Below, in pieces: positions 10,431 through 24,686 of a DNA stretch of 64,000 bases (the first letter of the stretch is position 1; the number at the start of each line of letters is the position of its first letter). The stretch lies in contig NC_082725.1 of the NCBI RefSeq assembly GCF_030144855.1, positions 5,766,001 to 5,830,000 of the forward strand, read 5' to 3'. Source of the DNA: Hypanus sabinus. Lineage: Eukaryota. Made by a program: the position numbers and the translations under genes. Below the pieces are notes generated by a model, which ran no database searches, was not told the DNA's origin, and was given only the letters and a program-made list of their open reading frames with translations.

Positions 10431-12398
10431 TAGTGAATGATCAGCCATGATCTCAGAATGGCGGTGCAGACTCGAGGGGCCGAATGGTCTACTTCTGCAC
10501 CTATTGTCTATTGTCTATTAAATATACCCACGGACTTGGCTTCCACCGTAGTCTGTGGCAGAGCATTCCACTGATTCTCTACTCACTGGCTAAAAAAATT
10601 CCTCCTCACCTCTGTTCCAAAAAGTTGCCCCTCAATTTTGAGACTGTGCCCTCTTGCTCGAGATACCCCCACCATACGAAATATCCTCTCCACATCCACC
10701 CCATCTAGTCCTTTCAAAATTCATTAGGTTTCAATGAGATCCCCTGCAGTCTTCTAAGTTCCAGTGAGTACAGGCCCAAACCCTTCATTCCTGTTATTAT
10801 CCTCATGAACTTCTTCTGGACTCTGTCAATGACAGCACATCCTTTCTGAGATATGGGGCCCAAGTGCAGCCTGACTAGTGTCTTATAAAGACTCAGTATC
10901 ACCTTGCTTTTATATTCTATTCCTCTTGAAATAAATGTCAAGATTGCATTTGCCTTCTATTTCACAGACTCAACCTGTAAACTAACCCTCTGGGAGTCTT
11001 GCATGATGACTCCTAAGTCCCTCTGCACCTCTGATGTTTGAACCTTCTCCCCATTTAGGTAATAGTCGCACTATTGTTCCTTTTACCAAAATGCATTATC
11101 ACACGTTTCCCAAAACTGTATTCCATCTGCCACTTTTTTCACCCATTCTTCCAATTTATCTAAGTCCTGCTGCAATTGCATTGCTTCCTCAGCACTACCT
11201 ACTCCTGTCTTCATATCATCTGCAAACTTTGCCACAAAGCCATCAATTCCATTATACAAATCAATGTGAAAAGTAGCGATCCCAATACTGAGTCCCAAGG
11301 AACACCACTGGCAGCCAACCAGAAAAGGCCCTCTTTATTTTCACTTGCTGCCTCCTACCTGTCAGTCATTCCTCTGGCAAATGCCAGGCATTGAAACATT
11401 TAAGTTATTGAAGCTAACAAAACAGAAAACATAATGAAAAATATTAAAATATTGATGTTTCATCAACCACAAAACCCGATTCACTATAGTTTAGTAATGC
11501 TAATGATCACTTTGACCTCTTTGCATTAAAATTGACTTTTTTGTTCTAATTGTATTCTTTCTTGTAAAAAAATGCGTATAATTTATGCTTTTTTCTTGTG
11601 AATGCAGCTTATATATTGCTATGTGCCTGTGATGGTGCTACAAGATTTAAGTACACATGATAAATTTCACTCTGATTTTGGGGTAACATGCACAAATGGT
11701 GGAGGAACTCAGCAAGTCAGGCATCTTCTATGAGGGGAATAAACTCAAAGATGCTGCCTGAGTTCCTCCAGAATTTTGTGTGTGTTGCTCAAAATTTCCA
11801 ACAACTGCAGAATCTTTTGTGTTTTTGATTTTGGGGTATTAGGTCCTATGTCAAGTTGACCTGGTGTGTGGAGTTGACAAGAAACCCAACAATGGAGAGT
11901 GGTAATGAATTCAACCTGTCAGTCATTCTGTCACAAAGTCTCAGACATCCATGTACACACTTGAACTGGGATGATCATGACTTGTAGTCAAACACTGATT
12001 GTTCCAGTGGAACTGCTGAATCTGGCAAGAAAGATTTACCCCATTACTTTTGGATTAGGGACAAAGTATTTGTTATAATATTGATTTGACTACTACAATT
12101 TACCTTTTTATACTTTCAGACACAATTAGTTTCAGCATTTATAAATAGTTTTTTTAAAGCAAAACTTTGTGTTGTCCTATGCAAGTCTGTAGTCTAGTGT
12201 AGCCTTGACTTGTCTCACATCATCTAGTGTAGTTTTGTGTTGTTTCATGTAGCACCACGGTCCTGGAAGAACATTGTTTCATTTTTACTGTGTACTGTAC
12301 CAGCAGTTTACGGTTGAAACGACAATAAAAAGCCACTTGGCTTGATAAACATCCTGAAAATATGAAGCTCACAGGTAGGAAAGTTTAGTCAAACTCAC

Positions 12399-12482
12399 AT
12401 CAAGCTCCTCAATAAAAGTAGCAAGGTCATCCTTCCAAAGATCAGGAGCACTCTTTCTTTTGAGGTCATCAAGTTCCTTTCC
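12399..12482 (-). CDS. TOP2B: TOP2B exon ~27 (GKELDDLKRKSAPDLWKDDLATFIEELD)
   Basis: tag/gtgagt, 84 nt. Confidence 0.92.
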
Positions 12483-12565
12483 CTATAATAAATAAAACAC
12501 TGTTTGAAACAGCATTCAGGGAAAAAGAATTGCAACCATGAAAATATATGGAACCTGCACGTTAC

Positions 12566-12721
12566 TTTTGAATCCCTGTTTTTCAGCAGTTCATCTACTT
12601 TTTCCTTTGTAAGGCACCAAAGAGGCATGTTCAAGATGTAGTTGAAGTCTGGCCCAGAACCAGCACCAGAAACACTTGAAGTTCCATCATCGGGTTCCAA
12701 TAAATCCTCTTCTGCTGCTGT
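12566..12721 (-). CDS. TOP2B: TOP2B exon ~26 (TAAEEDLL...PDFNYILNMPLWCLTKEK...DSK)
   Basis: cag/gtaacg, 156 nt. Confidence 0.91.
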
Positions 12722-14035
12722 CTGAAAAACAGAAAGAAAGGTGCTGAGGAAGAAAACCCAAATTCAATATAAATAATGCCCATACAAATTTTAAGTTAGA
12801 AATTAATATAGTTTATGGAATCAGAACAGTAATTAAAATATGAACTTGAATCTGGAATATAAAATGTCTAGCTTTCACATTCATTACCTAAAATGCAATT
12901 GCAGAGAACCAAGGTTAAACAAATTTATTCCAGATCCATTCTAGTGGAACAAGCTAGCCACTACGTAGAAAGTTTGAGTCTGGAACTATATTGTTGCAGA
13001 GCATTGAACAGCATTTTCCATCACATTTGTTTTTGGTTTTGGTTTCTGAACTTTTAGATGGTAAAAAGGAAAATTTGGAATCCAAGCAATCTGTGAAATC
13101 CATTTTAATGAAGGAAATTTATAAATTATGGAATAAACAATAGATTTATGAGACTGGAAAAGGAAGAAAAAAGTAACACTACTGGAACATCATTTAAACA
13201 ATGGGGAAACTCCTCCTCTGTATCTGGCTCATAAGTCATAATTTCCTAAAGCTGTATTTAGCAGTTTATGGATATGTACTTAGAACTTTACTGGGATTCT
13301 AAATTTTGGTAGTACTGCAAGGCCTTCGGCAGCATAGTCCAGAGACTATTTCTGAAATAAGACAAAGCTGATGTCAGAACTTTGTCAAGAAATAAAGCTG
13401 TGAAAAAAAGTAGAAACATTTACAGATCAATTCTAAACTGAAGTAATTATTAGAAAAAACTCTCACCTTCCTCATTCACCTGTGCTCTGTCCACAAGGGT
13501 CAACACAAACTACTACTGGCTTGTGATTTCAAATCCCCTCCTATTCCTATACTGGCCTGTCTCCCTTGGCCGCCTTCGCTGCCAGAGTGAGCTCAAGGCA
13601 AGCTAAAGAAACCATTATATTCTGTATGGGGAATCTACAACCCAATGCTATGAATACTGAATTTTCCTATTTCAGGTAACCCCACATCTCCTGTCTCCTC
13701 CTGCACATTACATCTAATTTCCCATTTTTGTGCTATTTCCCCACAACCTGCACCCATTTGACAAGTTTAACTTACTAACTCGTACATCTTTCAAATTTGG
13801 GAGGAAACCCACTCAGTCACAGGGAGAACATACCAACTCCTTACAGACAATGGCAAGAATTAAACCCAGATAACTAGTGCTGTAATAGTATTATACGAAC
13901 TGTTGTGCTACTGCACCACCCTATTCTTAAAATTTAGAATCTCTCTCAAAGTTCAAGCATGCAAGTTATGATTTACATTTGATTTAATATAACAGTTAAC
14001 ATAGCCTTCAAGGTTGCTTTGTAGTTATATCTTAC

Positions 14036-14127
14036 CTTCTCTTGTGCATCTTTCCAGGCTTTAACTGGGTCAGATTCAAAGCCCCGCTGAATCAGCATTT
14101 GGTAAAGGTCCTTCTTTGATTTATTCT
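14036..14127 (-). CDS. TOP2B: TOP2B exon ~25 (ENKSKKDLYQMLIQRGFESDPVKAWKDAQEK)
   Basis: cag/gtaaga, 92 nt. Confidence 0.92.
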
Positions 14128-15340
14128 CTGAAGAGGAATTATTTTAAATTAAACATTAAAAAAAAATTGCAAACAGCATAAATAAATGTCACATTTCCAA
14201 CTCCAACGTCCAATTCCCTACCTGTGGGTACTTTTCTGTGCAGTCACAGAAAGTAAATTATTGCTCTTTACCTCCTTCCATATCACTATACATGGGTCCC
14301 TTTAAAATAGAGGTGAGGAGGAATTTCTTTAGCCAGAGTGTGGTGAATCTGTGGAATTCATTGCCACAGACAGCTGTAGAGGCTAAGTCACTGGGTATAT
14401 TTAAAGCAGAGGTTGATGGGTTCTTGATTAGTAAGGGGTCAAAGGATATGGGGAGAAGACAACAGAATGCAGTCGAGAGGGATAATAAATCAGCCAAGAT
14501 GAAATGGCCTAATTCTGCTCCGATGTGTTACAGTCCACAGGAAGCAGAGATTTTTGTGTACTTCATTCACATTTAGTATGTAATATTTACTGCTCTCAAT
14601 CTGATCTCAATAGCATGGTAAGCGGAATTTTTTTTTACAGAAACCTTCATAGAACATGAATTATCACCCCATTTCTTTCCACTCCTGCCCTTGACCCATT
14701 ATAGTTATAGAGTTATATAACACTACAGCACAAAAATCTTACCCTACAACCCATCTAGTCCATGCTGAACTATTAACTTGCCTAGTCCTACCAAGCTGCA
14801 CCTGGACCACAGCCATCCATACCCCTCCCATTCTTGTACCTATCAAAATTTCTCTTTAAGTGTTGAAATCAAACCCGCATCACCACTTCAGCTGGCAACT
14901 AGTTTCACACTCTCACCACCCTCTGAATGAAGTTCCCCTTAAACAGTTTACCTTTCACCCTTAACCCATGACATTTACTTCTAGCCTCACCCAACCTCAG
15001 TGGAAAAAGCCTGCTGCATTTACTCTATCTATACCTTTATCAAATCTCCCCTTATTCTTCTACACTCCAGGGAATGAAGTCCTAACCTATTCAACCTTTC
15101 CCTACAATTCAGGTCCTCAAGTCCTAGCATCACCCTTATAAATTTTGTCTGCGCTCTTTCAATCTTATTGACAATTTTCTTGTAGGTAGGTGACCAAAAC
15201 TGGTCACTATATTCCAAATTGGGCCTCACCAACACAATATTCAACTTCAACATCCTGTACTGAATACTTTGATTTATAAAGGACAATGTGCCACAAGCTT
15301 TCTTCACAAACCTGTGATCCCACTTTCCAGAAATGATGCA

Positions 15341-16230
15341 CAGTCGGCCTTCCTTATCGGCGAGGAATTGGTTCCGGTACCCCTCGCAGATACCAAAAAA
15401 CGCAGATGCTCAAGTCCCTTATTCAACCTGTCTCAATGCAGTGGACCTTGGGACCCAGCCGAACCCCAGACCTTATTTAACCTGTCTCAGTATGGTGGAT
15501 ATCAGGACTGTCGGCGGAGCTCTGAATCTGCAGTGTTCACGAAAATAATCACGATTGAAAATAAAGTGGAAATAATAAAGCGATCGGAAAGAGGTGAAGT
15601 GCCATCAGTCATTGGGAAAGCGTTAGGCTATGTTGGTCAACAATCGGTACAATTTTAAAGGATAAAGTGAGAAAGGCTCCGCCCTGATGAAAGCCACAAT
15701 TATTACTAAGCAAGGCAGTGGTTTAATTATTGGGTTTTGGGTTTTTGATCCTCCACATCAACCCGGCACGGATGGACAGCATGCTTGGAGTGGACTGTCA
15801 CTGGATCGAAGTCAGGAACTTCTGTTCCCAAGCCCGGCGCTGAAACATACGTTCTTAATTGTTTTATATGCTTAGGAAGGTAAAATATATATTATATACT
15901 AAGACAAACATTTGACTAACTGACGCTAAATACTGGATGTACCTGTTCCGACTTACTTAGTAAGAGAACTTACGATTTTTTTCGANNNNNNNNNNNNNNN
16001 NNNNNNNNNNNNNNNNNNNNNNNNNNNNNNNNNNNNNNNNNNNNNNNNNNNNNNNNNNNNNNNNNNNNNNNNNNNNNNNNNNNNNNNNNNNNNNNNNNNN
16101 NNNNNNNNNNNNNNNNNNNNNNNNNNNNNNNNNNNNNNNNTTGAACAACAAGTGCTGGAAGAGCACTTCCGGGTTTTCTCGATTCGCGGTTGGTTGAATT
16201 CGCTGTCAGCCGTTTAAGGAGGGCTGACTG
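15341..16230 (+). mobile_element. Tigger/pogo-like non-autonomous element (spans an assembly gap)
   Basis: Terminal inverted repeats cagtcggccttccttatcggc / gccgtttaaggagggctgactg followed by TA; CENP-B-type HTH remnant (ITIENKVEIIKRSERGE..IGKALG). Confidence 0.75.
15986..16140. other. Assembly gap (N run)
   Basis: 155 Ns. Confidence 0.99.
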
Positions 16231-17169
16231 TATCTATATTACCAGATCTCTCTGTTTCACCATGCCCCTCAGTACCCTACCACTCACCGTGTAAGTCTTA
16301 CCCTGGTTTGTCCTCCCAAAGTGCAATACTTCACACTTTGTCTGCATTAAATTCCAACCGCCATGTTTTGTCCATTTTTCAAGCTAGTCTAAATCCCGCT
16401 GAAAACTTCAATAGTCTTCCTTACTGTCCACTATATCCCCAATCATGGTGTCATCTGCAAATCTGCTGATCCAGTTTATCACATTATCATCTAGATCACT
16501 GATATAGATGACGAACCATAGACCCAGCATCGATCTCTGTGGCTCACCACTACTCACAGGCCTCCAGTACAGAAGGCAACCATCTACTACCACTCTCTGG
16601 CTTCTTAAATGCAAGGAACAGCACATCTTAAAACTTGGCTCTTTGCAGTCATCTGGAACTCACAGAGTTCAACTATTTAAGCAAGATCAGCATTTTCAGA
16701 TTTTGCACTCCATTCCTTTGATTAGATATTTATATTGAGACTTTTAGTACATTATACTATACCTACTTTATCATTAACCTCTCTTAAGTTCAACCTTTTT
16801 AACCAGCCTTCCCCCACCACCCCCCCCCATTTTATTTTCTGCCTTTTCTCTTTATGTTTAAACTATTTTTTCCTCAACTATTCAGTTCTCAGGAAAGATT
16901 TTTGGTCAGAAATAGTAGCTTTGATACTATCTTCATGGATGCTGACTACTTCCTACAATTTGCCTTTATTTCAAGTTTTGAGCACGTTTATCCATTATAT
17001 ACAGCATATATAATGATTATTAGCAAATTAATTGTTGTAATAATGCCGTTTAACATTCTGTAGCAAGATTTGGAAGCAAAGTTTTTGTACAAATGAGAAG
17101 TAAATATTTTTAAGATATTAAGCAGATTAGTCCTTTACAAAAACAAATATCTGAAATATTCCTATTATA

Positions 17170-18720
17170 CAGTGCCTACAAAAGGTAGGTATCCTTACTT
17201 CCCTTGGAAGTTTTCATGTTTTATTGTTTTACAACATTGAATTAACAGTGGATTTAATTTGACTTTTTTTTGACATTGATAAACAGAAAAAGGCTCATTC
17301 ATTACAAAGTGAAAACAAATTTCTACAGATTAGTCTAAATTTATTAAACACAAAATAACTGATTACATAATTACTCACACCCTTAAGTCAATATTTAGTA
17401 AATGCACCTTGGATAGCAATTACAGCCTTGAGTCTGTGTGGATAGGTCTCAATCAGCTTTGCACATCTGCACACTGCAATTTTTCCCCATTCTTCTTTAC
17501 AAAACTGCTTATGTCAGATTGCATGGGGATTGTGAGTGAACACCCCTTTTCATATCCAGCCACAAATTCTCAACTAGATTGAGGTCTGAACTTAGCCACT
17601 CCAGGACATTAACTTTGTTGGTTTTAATCCATTTCTGTGTAGCTTTGGCTTTATGCTTGGGGTCATTTCTTGATGGAAAACATGTCTTTTCCCAAGTCAC
17701 AACTCTCTTGCAGATTGCATCAAGTTTTCCTCCAGGATTCCCCTGTATTTTGCTGAATTCATTTTACTCTCTACCTTCACAAGCCTTCCAGGACCTGCTG
17801 CAATGAAGCATCCCCACAGCATGACGCAGCCACCACATGCTTCACGGTAGGGATGGTGTGTTTTTGATGATGTGCTGTGTTTGGCTCTCACAAAACATAG
17901 CATTTAGACTGATGGCCAGAAAGCTCAATTTTGGTTTCATCAGACCTTCTTCCAGCTGACTTCAGAGTTCCCCATATGCCTTCCAGCAAATTCTAGCTGA
18001 GATTTCACGAGAGTTTTCTCTTTGTTATTCTCCCATAAAGCTGCAACTAGTGAAGCACCCATGCAACAGTTGTTGTATGTGCAGTCTCTCCCATCTCAGC
18101 CACTGAAGCTTGTAACTCCTCCAGAGTTGTCATGGGTCTCTTGGTGGCCTCCCTCACTAGGCCCCTTCTTGCACAGAGTTTTTGAGGACAGCCTGCTATA
18201 GGCATATTTACTGCTGTACCACATTCTTTCCATTTCTTGACGATTGACTTAACTGTCAGTGACTTGGAAATTTTCTTGTATCCATCTACTGACTTGTGCT
18301 TTTCAATAACATTTTCACAGAGTTCTCTGGAGTGTTCTTTTGTCTTCATGGCATAGTTTTTGCCAAGATACTGACTCACCACCAGTTGGACCTTCCAGAT
18401 ACAGTTGTATTTTTATCACAAACAGTTGGAACACCTTGATTGTACACAGGTCTCCAAAAACAGATCTCCATTTAACTAATTATTTAACCTGTAAACCTAA
18501 TTGGCTGCACCAATGATGATTTGGTGTGTCATATTAAAGGAGGAAGACAGTTATTCTATCAATTATTTTGTGTTTTATATTTGTATTAATTTAGATCACT
18601 GTGTAGAGATTTGTTTTTACTTTGACATGCAAGTGTCTTTTTTTGTTGATCAGTGTTAAAAAAACAGAATTAAATCCACTATGATTCAATTTTGTAAAAC
18701 AATAAAGACCTAAACTTCCA
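17170..18720 (-). mobile_element. Tc1 transposon, decayed, with long terminal inverted repeats
   Basis: TA-cagtgcctaca start; repeats of about 160+ bp; transposase remnants MKTKEHS.., NDPKH, W..S.DLN.VENLW. Confidence 0.88.
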
Positions 18721-19829
18721 GTTTAGGAAGTTTACCACTCCTCTCTGAAAACTTGGCAAATGATAATCAGATAAGATTGGAAGCATTTAAAAAGTATTAA
18801 AATTGACATAAGTAACAGAATAAAAGAAACAAAACTAAAAAACAATTGGACAAAAATAATTATTCGTAATCAACTACTGAGTAAGATCAGGAAATCATGC
18901 CAGCTCAACTAGTTATGTTTGGAACTTTGATATTTACACAGAAGTCCTAAAACTCACTAGCACATAGGTTGAGAAATACTAGCAGTTCTGCATTAAAATC
19001 TGATCCAGTGAAAACTGCTGAAAGAATGATTATTTATCTATTCTCTCCAAACATTGTCTTTTTTTGTTATTGATCCAGTTATCACTCAGTAATCAATATA
19101 ATCCACGTTGGAGACTCAAAGGGCTCAGAGTCAGTATTTTGTTTTAAGTACAATCATTGCTGGCAGATGTAATAATCAGCTTGCTAAGAAGTTGCCAATA
19201 TTTTCAAAAAGTCATTTTGTACAGTCAATTTTAAACCAAGAATAATGGACATTAGCTGAAATCAACTCAAGATCTTAGAATGCACAAAATCCCCAAATAT
19301 TTTCAGAATCTCTTTCTTAAGTTGTTCCTAAACAATAGAAAATATGTGGAAATACTACAATTTTTTAAGAAACTAAATGGACTAATCAGAACTCTAGTAG
19401 GTTATAATTATTCACTATGGCCTATTTTATGCAATGTAGTAGCCTCAAGATAGAACTGCTTAACCAGAAGTTTCACAACTTGATGAGTTTAAACTAATAA
19501 TTAATTATTTCTGATGTCTAATAATTTTAGGCTCATCTGGTTTTCAGCAAAAATGGATAGTGTTAGAGAGAGTAAAGAGGAAAATGGCACATTTGTTCAC
19601 TAATTTAGAAACAAAGAAACCCTACAGCACAGTACAGGCCCTTCAGCCCATAAAGCTATGCCAAACATGTCCTTACCCAAGGAATTATCTAGGGTCACCC
19701 ATAGCCCTCTATTTTTCTGAACTCCACATACCTGTCCAAGAGTCTCTTAAAAGACCCTATCGTATCCGCCTCCACCACTGTCGCCGGCAGCCCAGTTTAG
19801 ATGGTGATTTAAGAATAATATAATAATTG

Positions 19830-20290
19830 AGAGCATTCTAACTGGCTGCATCCCTGCCTGGTATGGGAACTATACTTCCCTCACTCACAGGACTGGTGAG
19901 GACAGCCCAGTGCAGCTGTAGATGTGAACTTCCCACTATTCAGGAATATTCAGGACATTCACAAAGACAGGCATGTAAAAAGGGCCTGAAGGATCATTGG
20001 GGACCTGAGTCACCTCAACCACACACTGTTCCAGCTGCTACCATCCAGGAAACAGTACCGCAGCATAAAAGCCAGGACCAACAGGCTCCAGGACAGCTTC
20101 TCCTACCAAGCCATCAGACTGATTAATTCATGCTGAAACAATTGTATTTCTATATTATACTGACTGTCCTGTTGTGCATACTATTCATTACAAATTACTA
20201 TAAATTGCACACTTAGACAGAGACATAAAGTAAAGACTTTTTACTCATGTATATAAAAGATGTTAAGTAATAAAGTCAATTCAATTCACC
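19830..20290 (+). mobile_element. Rex1/Babar LINE 3' fragment
   Basis: Similar to 38250-38790 and to the reverse of 62590-62905; aataaagtcaattcaattca tail. Confidence 0.6.
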
Positions 20291-20457
20291 TGCTGTAAGG
20301 TAAAAAGAATGGACTGGAATTATATTCAAATAAATAATTCTATCTTACTGTACTAACTTAAAATTGTTCAACCATACTTTATGCAGCATAAAATTCTAAT
20401 TACTAAAAGTAGCAACATGGAAATGTACATTTGGTATTTTAATCCATCTATCCTTAC

Positions 20458-20653
20458 CAATTGTAATCTTCCCTTGTATTTTCTCTATAATGAAGCGAGC
20501 TTGGTTGTTTAATTTTGCAGACTCTGCCCCCAACATTCCCGACAACCACTCCTTTCTCAAACTGTAATAATGTAGCCTTAAATCAAAGAATTCCTTTAAG
20601 ATGTCTTGCACAGTTTCATATTTCTTCATGCAACCCATGTGATCAAAAAGGAC
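20458..20653 (-). CDS. TOP2B: TOP2B exon ~24 (VLFDHMGC...NQARFIIEKIQGKITI)
   Basis: cag/gtaagg, 196 nt. Confidence 0.93.
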
Positions 20654-20743
20654 CTGCCAATGAACAATATTATTGCTATTTGAAGTTGTTTTAAGTACAA
20701 ACATTTTATAATTTTACATATTAAAATATATTTTAAAAACTAC

Positions 20744-20944
20744 CATAGAGTTGCAAGTGAGAGTCGTTTGTAGTTTGAAAACTTTGTGCAAACCGGCAGC
20801 TTCTGCTTGTGCAAGTTTCTCCTCAGACATTTTTACTACAAATTTAACTGTGGCATCGGTGTGATATTCTTTATAGTCATTTATCAAAGCTGGTGTCTTT
20901 TCAGTTCCATTGAGCATTGGCTCAAGAACTTGTTCTTTGTATGC
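20744..20944 (-). CDS. TOP2B: TOP2B exon ~23 (AYKEQVLEPML...TCNSM)
   Basis: tag/gtagtt, 201 nt. Confidence 0.93.
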
Positions 20945-21536
20945 CTACAGGAGAAAAACGAAGTTTTTTATTCAGTTTTGCATAAGTTGTAACCAGCACA
21001 CATGTAATATTTGAAAAACAGGATTTCCAAGTACTGAGATGGCCAGAAGGAAAATAACTCTGGATAGAAAGGAATATCCCATTCTTCATCAGACACAGAA
21101 AATTCATTTTAACTATCCATTTTAACTATCTCAGTGTAATGCTTAATGATTTAAGAACAAATGCACAGAAACATAATGATATCCATTCATTGCTGGATAT
21201 TGGTAAAAAATAACTGTAAATTTCTCCTTCCAGTAAAATTAAAGATATTTAAAGAAAATAAATCATTTCCTTGAGCAATGGCTACTAATAGATCCCAACT
21301 GTCCAAACAATACCTAGAAATTACTTTTGCCACTAAGTTTAATTAAAACATGAAGGAAATTTTGGAATAATCTATACCCAATCTCTGACCCAATGACTTG
21401 GTTTCAATATGGAGAATGAGAAGTTATCCTTATCTTCAAGAGAAAACAAAACATGTGACATTTGTACTCATATTCAGCAGCAGTTACTAACTTCAATGTC
21501 CTATTGCATTTTAAAACTTTTAACTGTATAAATTAC

Positions 21537-21671
21537 CTGTGTCCAAGTCCTAACTGGAAGTTCTGTAATTTCTATGGTATTCCGATCCAAAACTAGTATT
21601 TCACCACTCACAACATATTGGTTTTGGCCCACTTCATGAATTGTCCCTTTGAAATTCTTGTAGCTTGGTAG
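21537..21671 (-). CDS. TOP2B: TOP2B exon ~22 (LPSYKNFKG...ITELPVRTWTQ)
   Basis: aag/gtaatt, 135 nt. Confidence 0.92.
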
Positions 21672-21865
21672 CTTGTGAATCAAAGATAATAAAAATCTCA
21701 CTATTAATAAAGATATTTCTCAGTCAGCCATATTCAACATGTTATACAGACACCAACTGTATATACCTGAACCAAATACAGATACTATGAAAAGCATAAT
21801 GGTGATCTTTTCAAGTTAATAGCTTGGACTATTAATCAAAATGAAAGCATTACAAAATTTTTTTT

Positions 21866-21904
<39 letters not shown>
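21866..21904. repeat. (CA)n(TA)n microsatellite
   Basis: Direct reading. Confidence 0.9.
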
Positions 21905-22976
21905 AAAATTATTTTTAGACTAAAGACTATTCTCACTGATAACATGAAGTAATGAAGAATAAACTAATAATGCTGCTTTTCAGAATTGCAGGATATCTCA
22001 TCAATGAAATGCTTTGTAAGTATCAACATTGTTATAATGTAAGGAATAGCAGGACACAAAGAAATAAATGGCCAGATAATAACAGTTTTGAGAAATACAT
22101 ATGTACAGACTACAAGGAAAACCACCAAGTTCTAAAACAGTAAGAAAATTTACAATTGCAATTAGTAAATAAGAAATTCATTTACCAACTTAACATCAAA
22201 GGAAACAGGAATTTCATGAAGTGTCAGTCTAGCTTATGCATTCAAGTGTTCAGAACTGTAGAAATCACTGTCTTTCAACTCAAAGGCTGACACCATCATT
22301 TCCAATAAAAAAAAAGGATGCATATAGATAGAATGCATCGTGATTAGGGTTTACACCTAAAGAAAAAGGCAGGTCAAATTGCTAGAATAATGGTATTACA
22401 GTAACGTTTGCCATCTTCAAATCATTTGAACCACAACTGATCTGTGATTGTAAGGAACTTTACACCATACCAAATTTTCTTTTCCATTCAACTCAACGAA
22501 TTAAGATGTAGCATTGCACATGCTCACTGGCAAAAACTCAGTATTTCACCCCAGTACTTTCATTGTTTTTGCAAGTTTGGGTGTCCTTGAACTAAGTGGT
22601 TTGCTCAGGACTAGAATTTCAGAAGCATTAAAAGTCAGTCACACTGGTGGTTCTGAAGTCACATGTTGGCCACATCAAATTTCATCCTCTGAAGGACATG
22701 CTAAATAAGTCATAATTTTTACAACTTGCAATCATGATTACAATTTTTTAACTTCCCAGTTTATTAAGAGTTTAAATTCAACAGCACCCATGGGGGAATG
22801 TGAACTCTATGCTTCACGAGTATTAGGATGGTATTTTCAGCACACTACCATAATATCCGTATCTATGCTGTCCTTCAGAAAATGAAGTAAAATTCAAAAT
22901 TATGTAAAATGTACTTATTTGGAAGTGTACAACATTGTGATTTGTGTTAAATTATGAGTACGCTTTCAATATTTAC

Positions 22977-23208
22977 CATAGGAAGAGGATCCAAGCCATC
23001 CAACATCCGCCTGACATTATTGACCAGTTCTCTGGTATCATAGTTAGGAATTCTACAAGCCCATCCTGTACCAATTCCTTCAGCTCCATTAACGAGGACC
23101 ATGGGAATTATGGGGCAGTACCATTCTGGCTCAACTCGTTGGTTGTCATCATAAAGGAATTTCAGCAAATTGTCATCCATGTGAGGGCAAAGTAAACGTG
23201 CCAAAGGA
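22977..23208 (-). CDS. TOP2B: TOP2B exon ~21 (PLARLL...EPEWYCPIIPMVLVNGAEGIGTGW...)
   Basis: tag/gtaaat, 232 nt. Confidence 0.94.
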
Positions 23209-24686
23209 CTAAAAAAAAACAAAATACAACAACTTAATCTGCAAAATATTATAGTTAAAATTAGGAATACTATCAATATACAAATTTATAGCAACTTTAC
23301 AGGAAGTTATAACAGAAGTAATTAAAAGAGTAATTGGAAGACTTTTCATTATTATGGTGAGGAAGGAATTCATTTACCTTTGCAAGTGCAAATGTAGGAA
23401 CTGAAACAGATCACTCAAATACTTGAGCCTCACCAGCTAGATTATGATTGGCCCAAACTCAACTCTATCCTATCAAACTTATTGCTACCATTCTGATGGA
23501 AATTATAAATAGTCATTCAGAAGCTTTATAGCCTAATCTAGTACAGCCAGCCCAACTTTAAGGAGGTTGTTGTTCACAATAACTGAATATTTTGAAAACA
23601 ATAACAGACTCTTGATGAAATAAAGCCATTTTTTGGATATTTAGCAAGGCTCCTGTGAAACTTCCCCCAAATAGCCAGGAAAGTAAAAACCCAGAGGAAT
23701 CTAAGGAAGGTGACATGTTACATTCAAACTGGACTCAGGAAAAGGGAGGTAAAGCCAGTTAATATATTTTTTTTTAATGACTGGAGGCATTTTACAGTTA
23801 AATTCAACACAGCTTAGCAACCAGTCCCTTTTCTGTAATATAGAGCAATGATTTTAATATTAAAGCCCCAATTAAAAAGCAGATACACCTGATGACAAAG
23901 TTGAATAGGCAGAGAAGTTAAACTGAGCCTGATCGCAATGGACAAGATGAGCACAAACGCAGCAAATGAAATTCAATCCATAATAATTGAGAATAATCAA
24001 AGGAAGGGAATACATAATAAAAACATGAAACTTTGAAGTTTAGAAGGAGCTTGGATTTCCTGTTGATAGGTGCCATAAAGATAGCAAGGCATGCAGACAT
24101 AGTAGCAAAGGTGGCAGCATACAGAACAATTTTCTTTACTGTGCAAAGCACAAAGGCAGAAAGGTTCCTCGTCAAATATAAATTTCAACAAAAAAGATTA
24201 AAAAGTTGCTAAGTAATAAATTAGCTACACTAATCAAAATACTTTTATCTAAGAATTTAATAATCGTGTACGAGCTTCATAGAACATCTTAGAAGTAAAT
24301 TTTTGATATGAACTTGAAGTGTTTAACAGGAAGATGGCATCAAAAATGTTTGACAAATCGATAAATATATAAACATAAATAATGAAAAAAATGTAAATTA
24401 CTAAAATTTTTAACCTGTATAGAAGATGGATACAACAGGGTCTTTTAAGAGATTCTTAGATAGGTACATGGAACTTAGGAAAATAGAGGGAAATTCTTAG
24501 CAGTTTCTAGAGTAGATTACAGGGTCAGCTCAACATTATGGGTGAAGGGTCTGTAACATGCTATAGATGTCTATATTCTATGTTCCAAGATCTACTGTCC
24601 CTTCTAAGGGACAGCCATGGTGAAGTATGGACATAAGAAACATTGGTGAATTGGTAATTTGTTACTGAACAGTGTATCTGACTTAC

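Larger units (their letters stand above)
6169..10517 (+). mobile_element. Full-length young CR1 LINE, antisense to TOP2B, nested in an older inverted CR1 (6005-6168 and 10518-11390)
   Basis: 5'UTR, ORF1, ORF2, (ctattgt)n tail; ttaaat duplicated at 6163-6168 and 10518-10523; the host repeat resumes after the insertion. Confidence 0.92.
14700..16610 (-). mobile_element. Degenerate CR1 ORF2/3' fragment, interrupted by a Tigger element
   Basis: ORFs 15029-15307 (VRPNLEYS.QFWSP) and 16408-16626 (SRFADDT). Confidence 0.8.

Noticed and set aside
6918-10448. Minus-strand ORFs within the CR1
   Set aside because: Antisense shadows of ORF1 and ORF2.
15957-16166. ORF with poly-X
   Set aside because: Artefact of the N gap.
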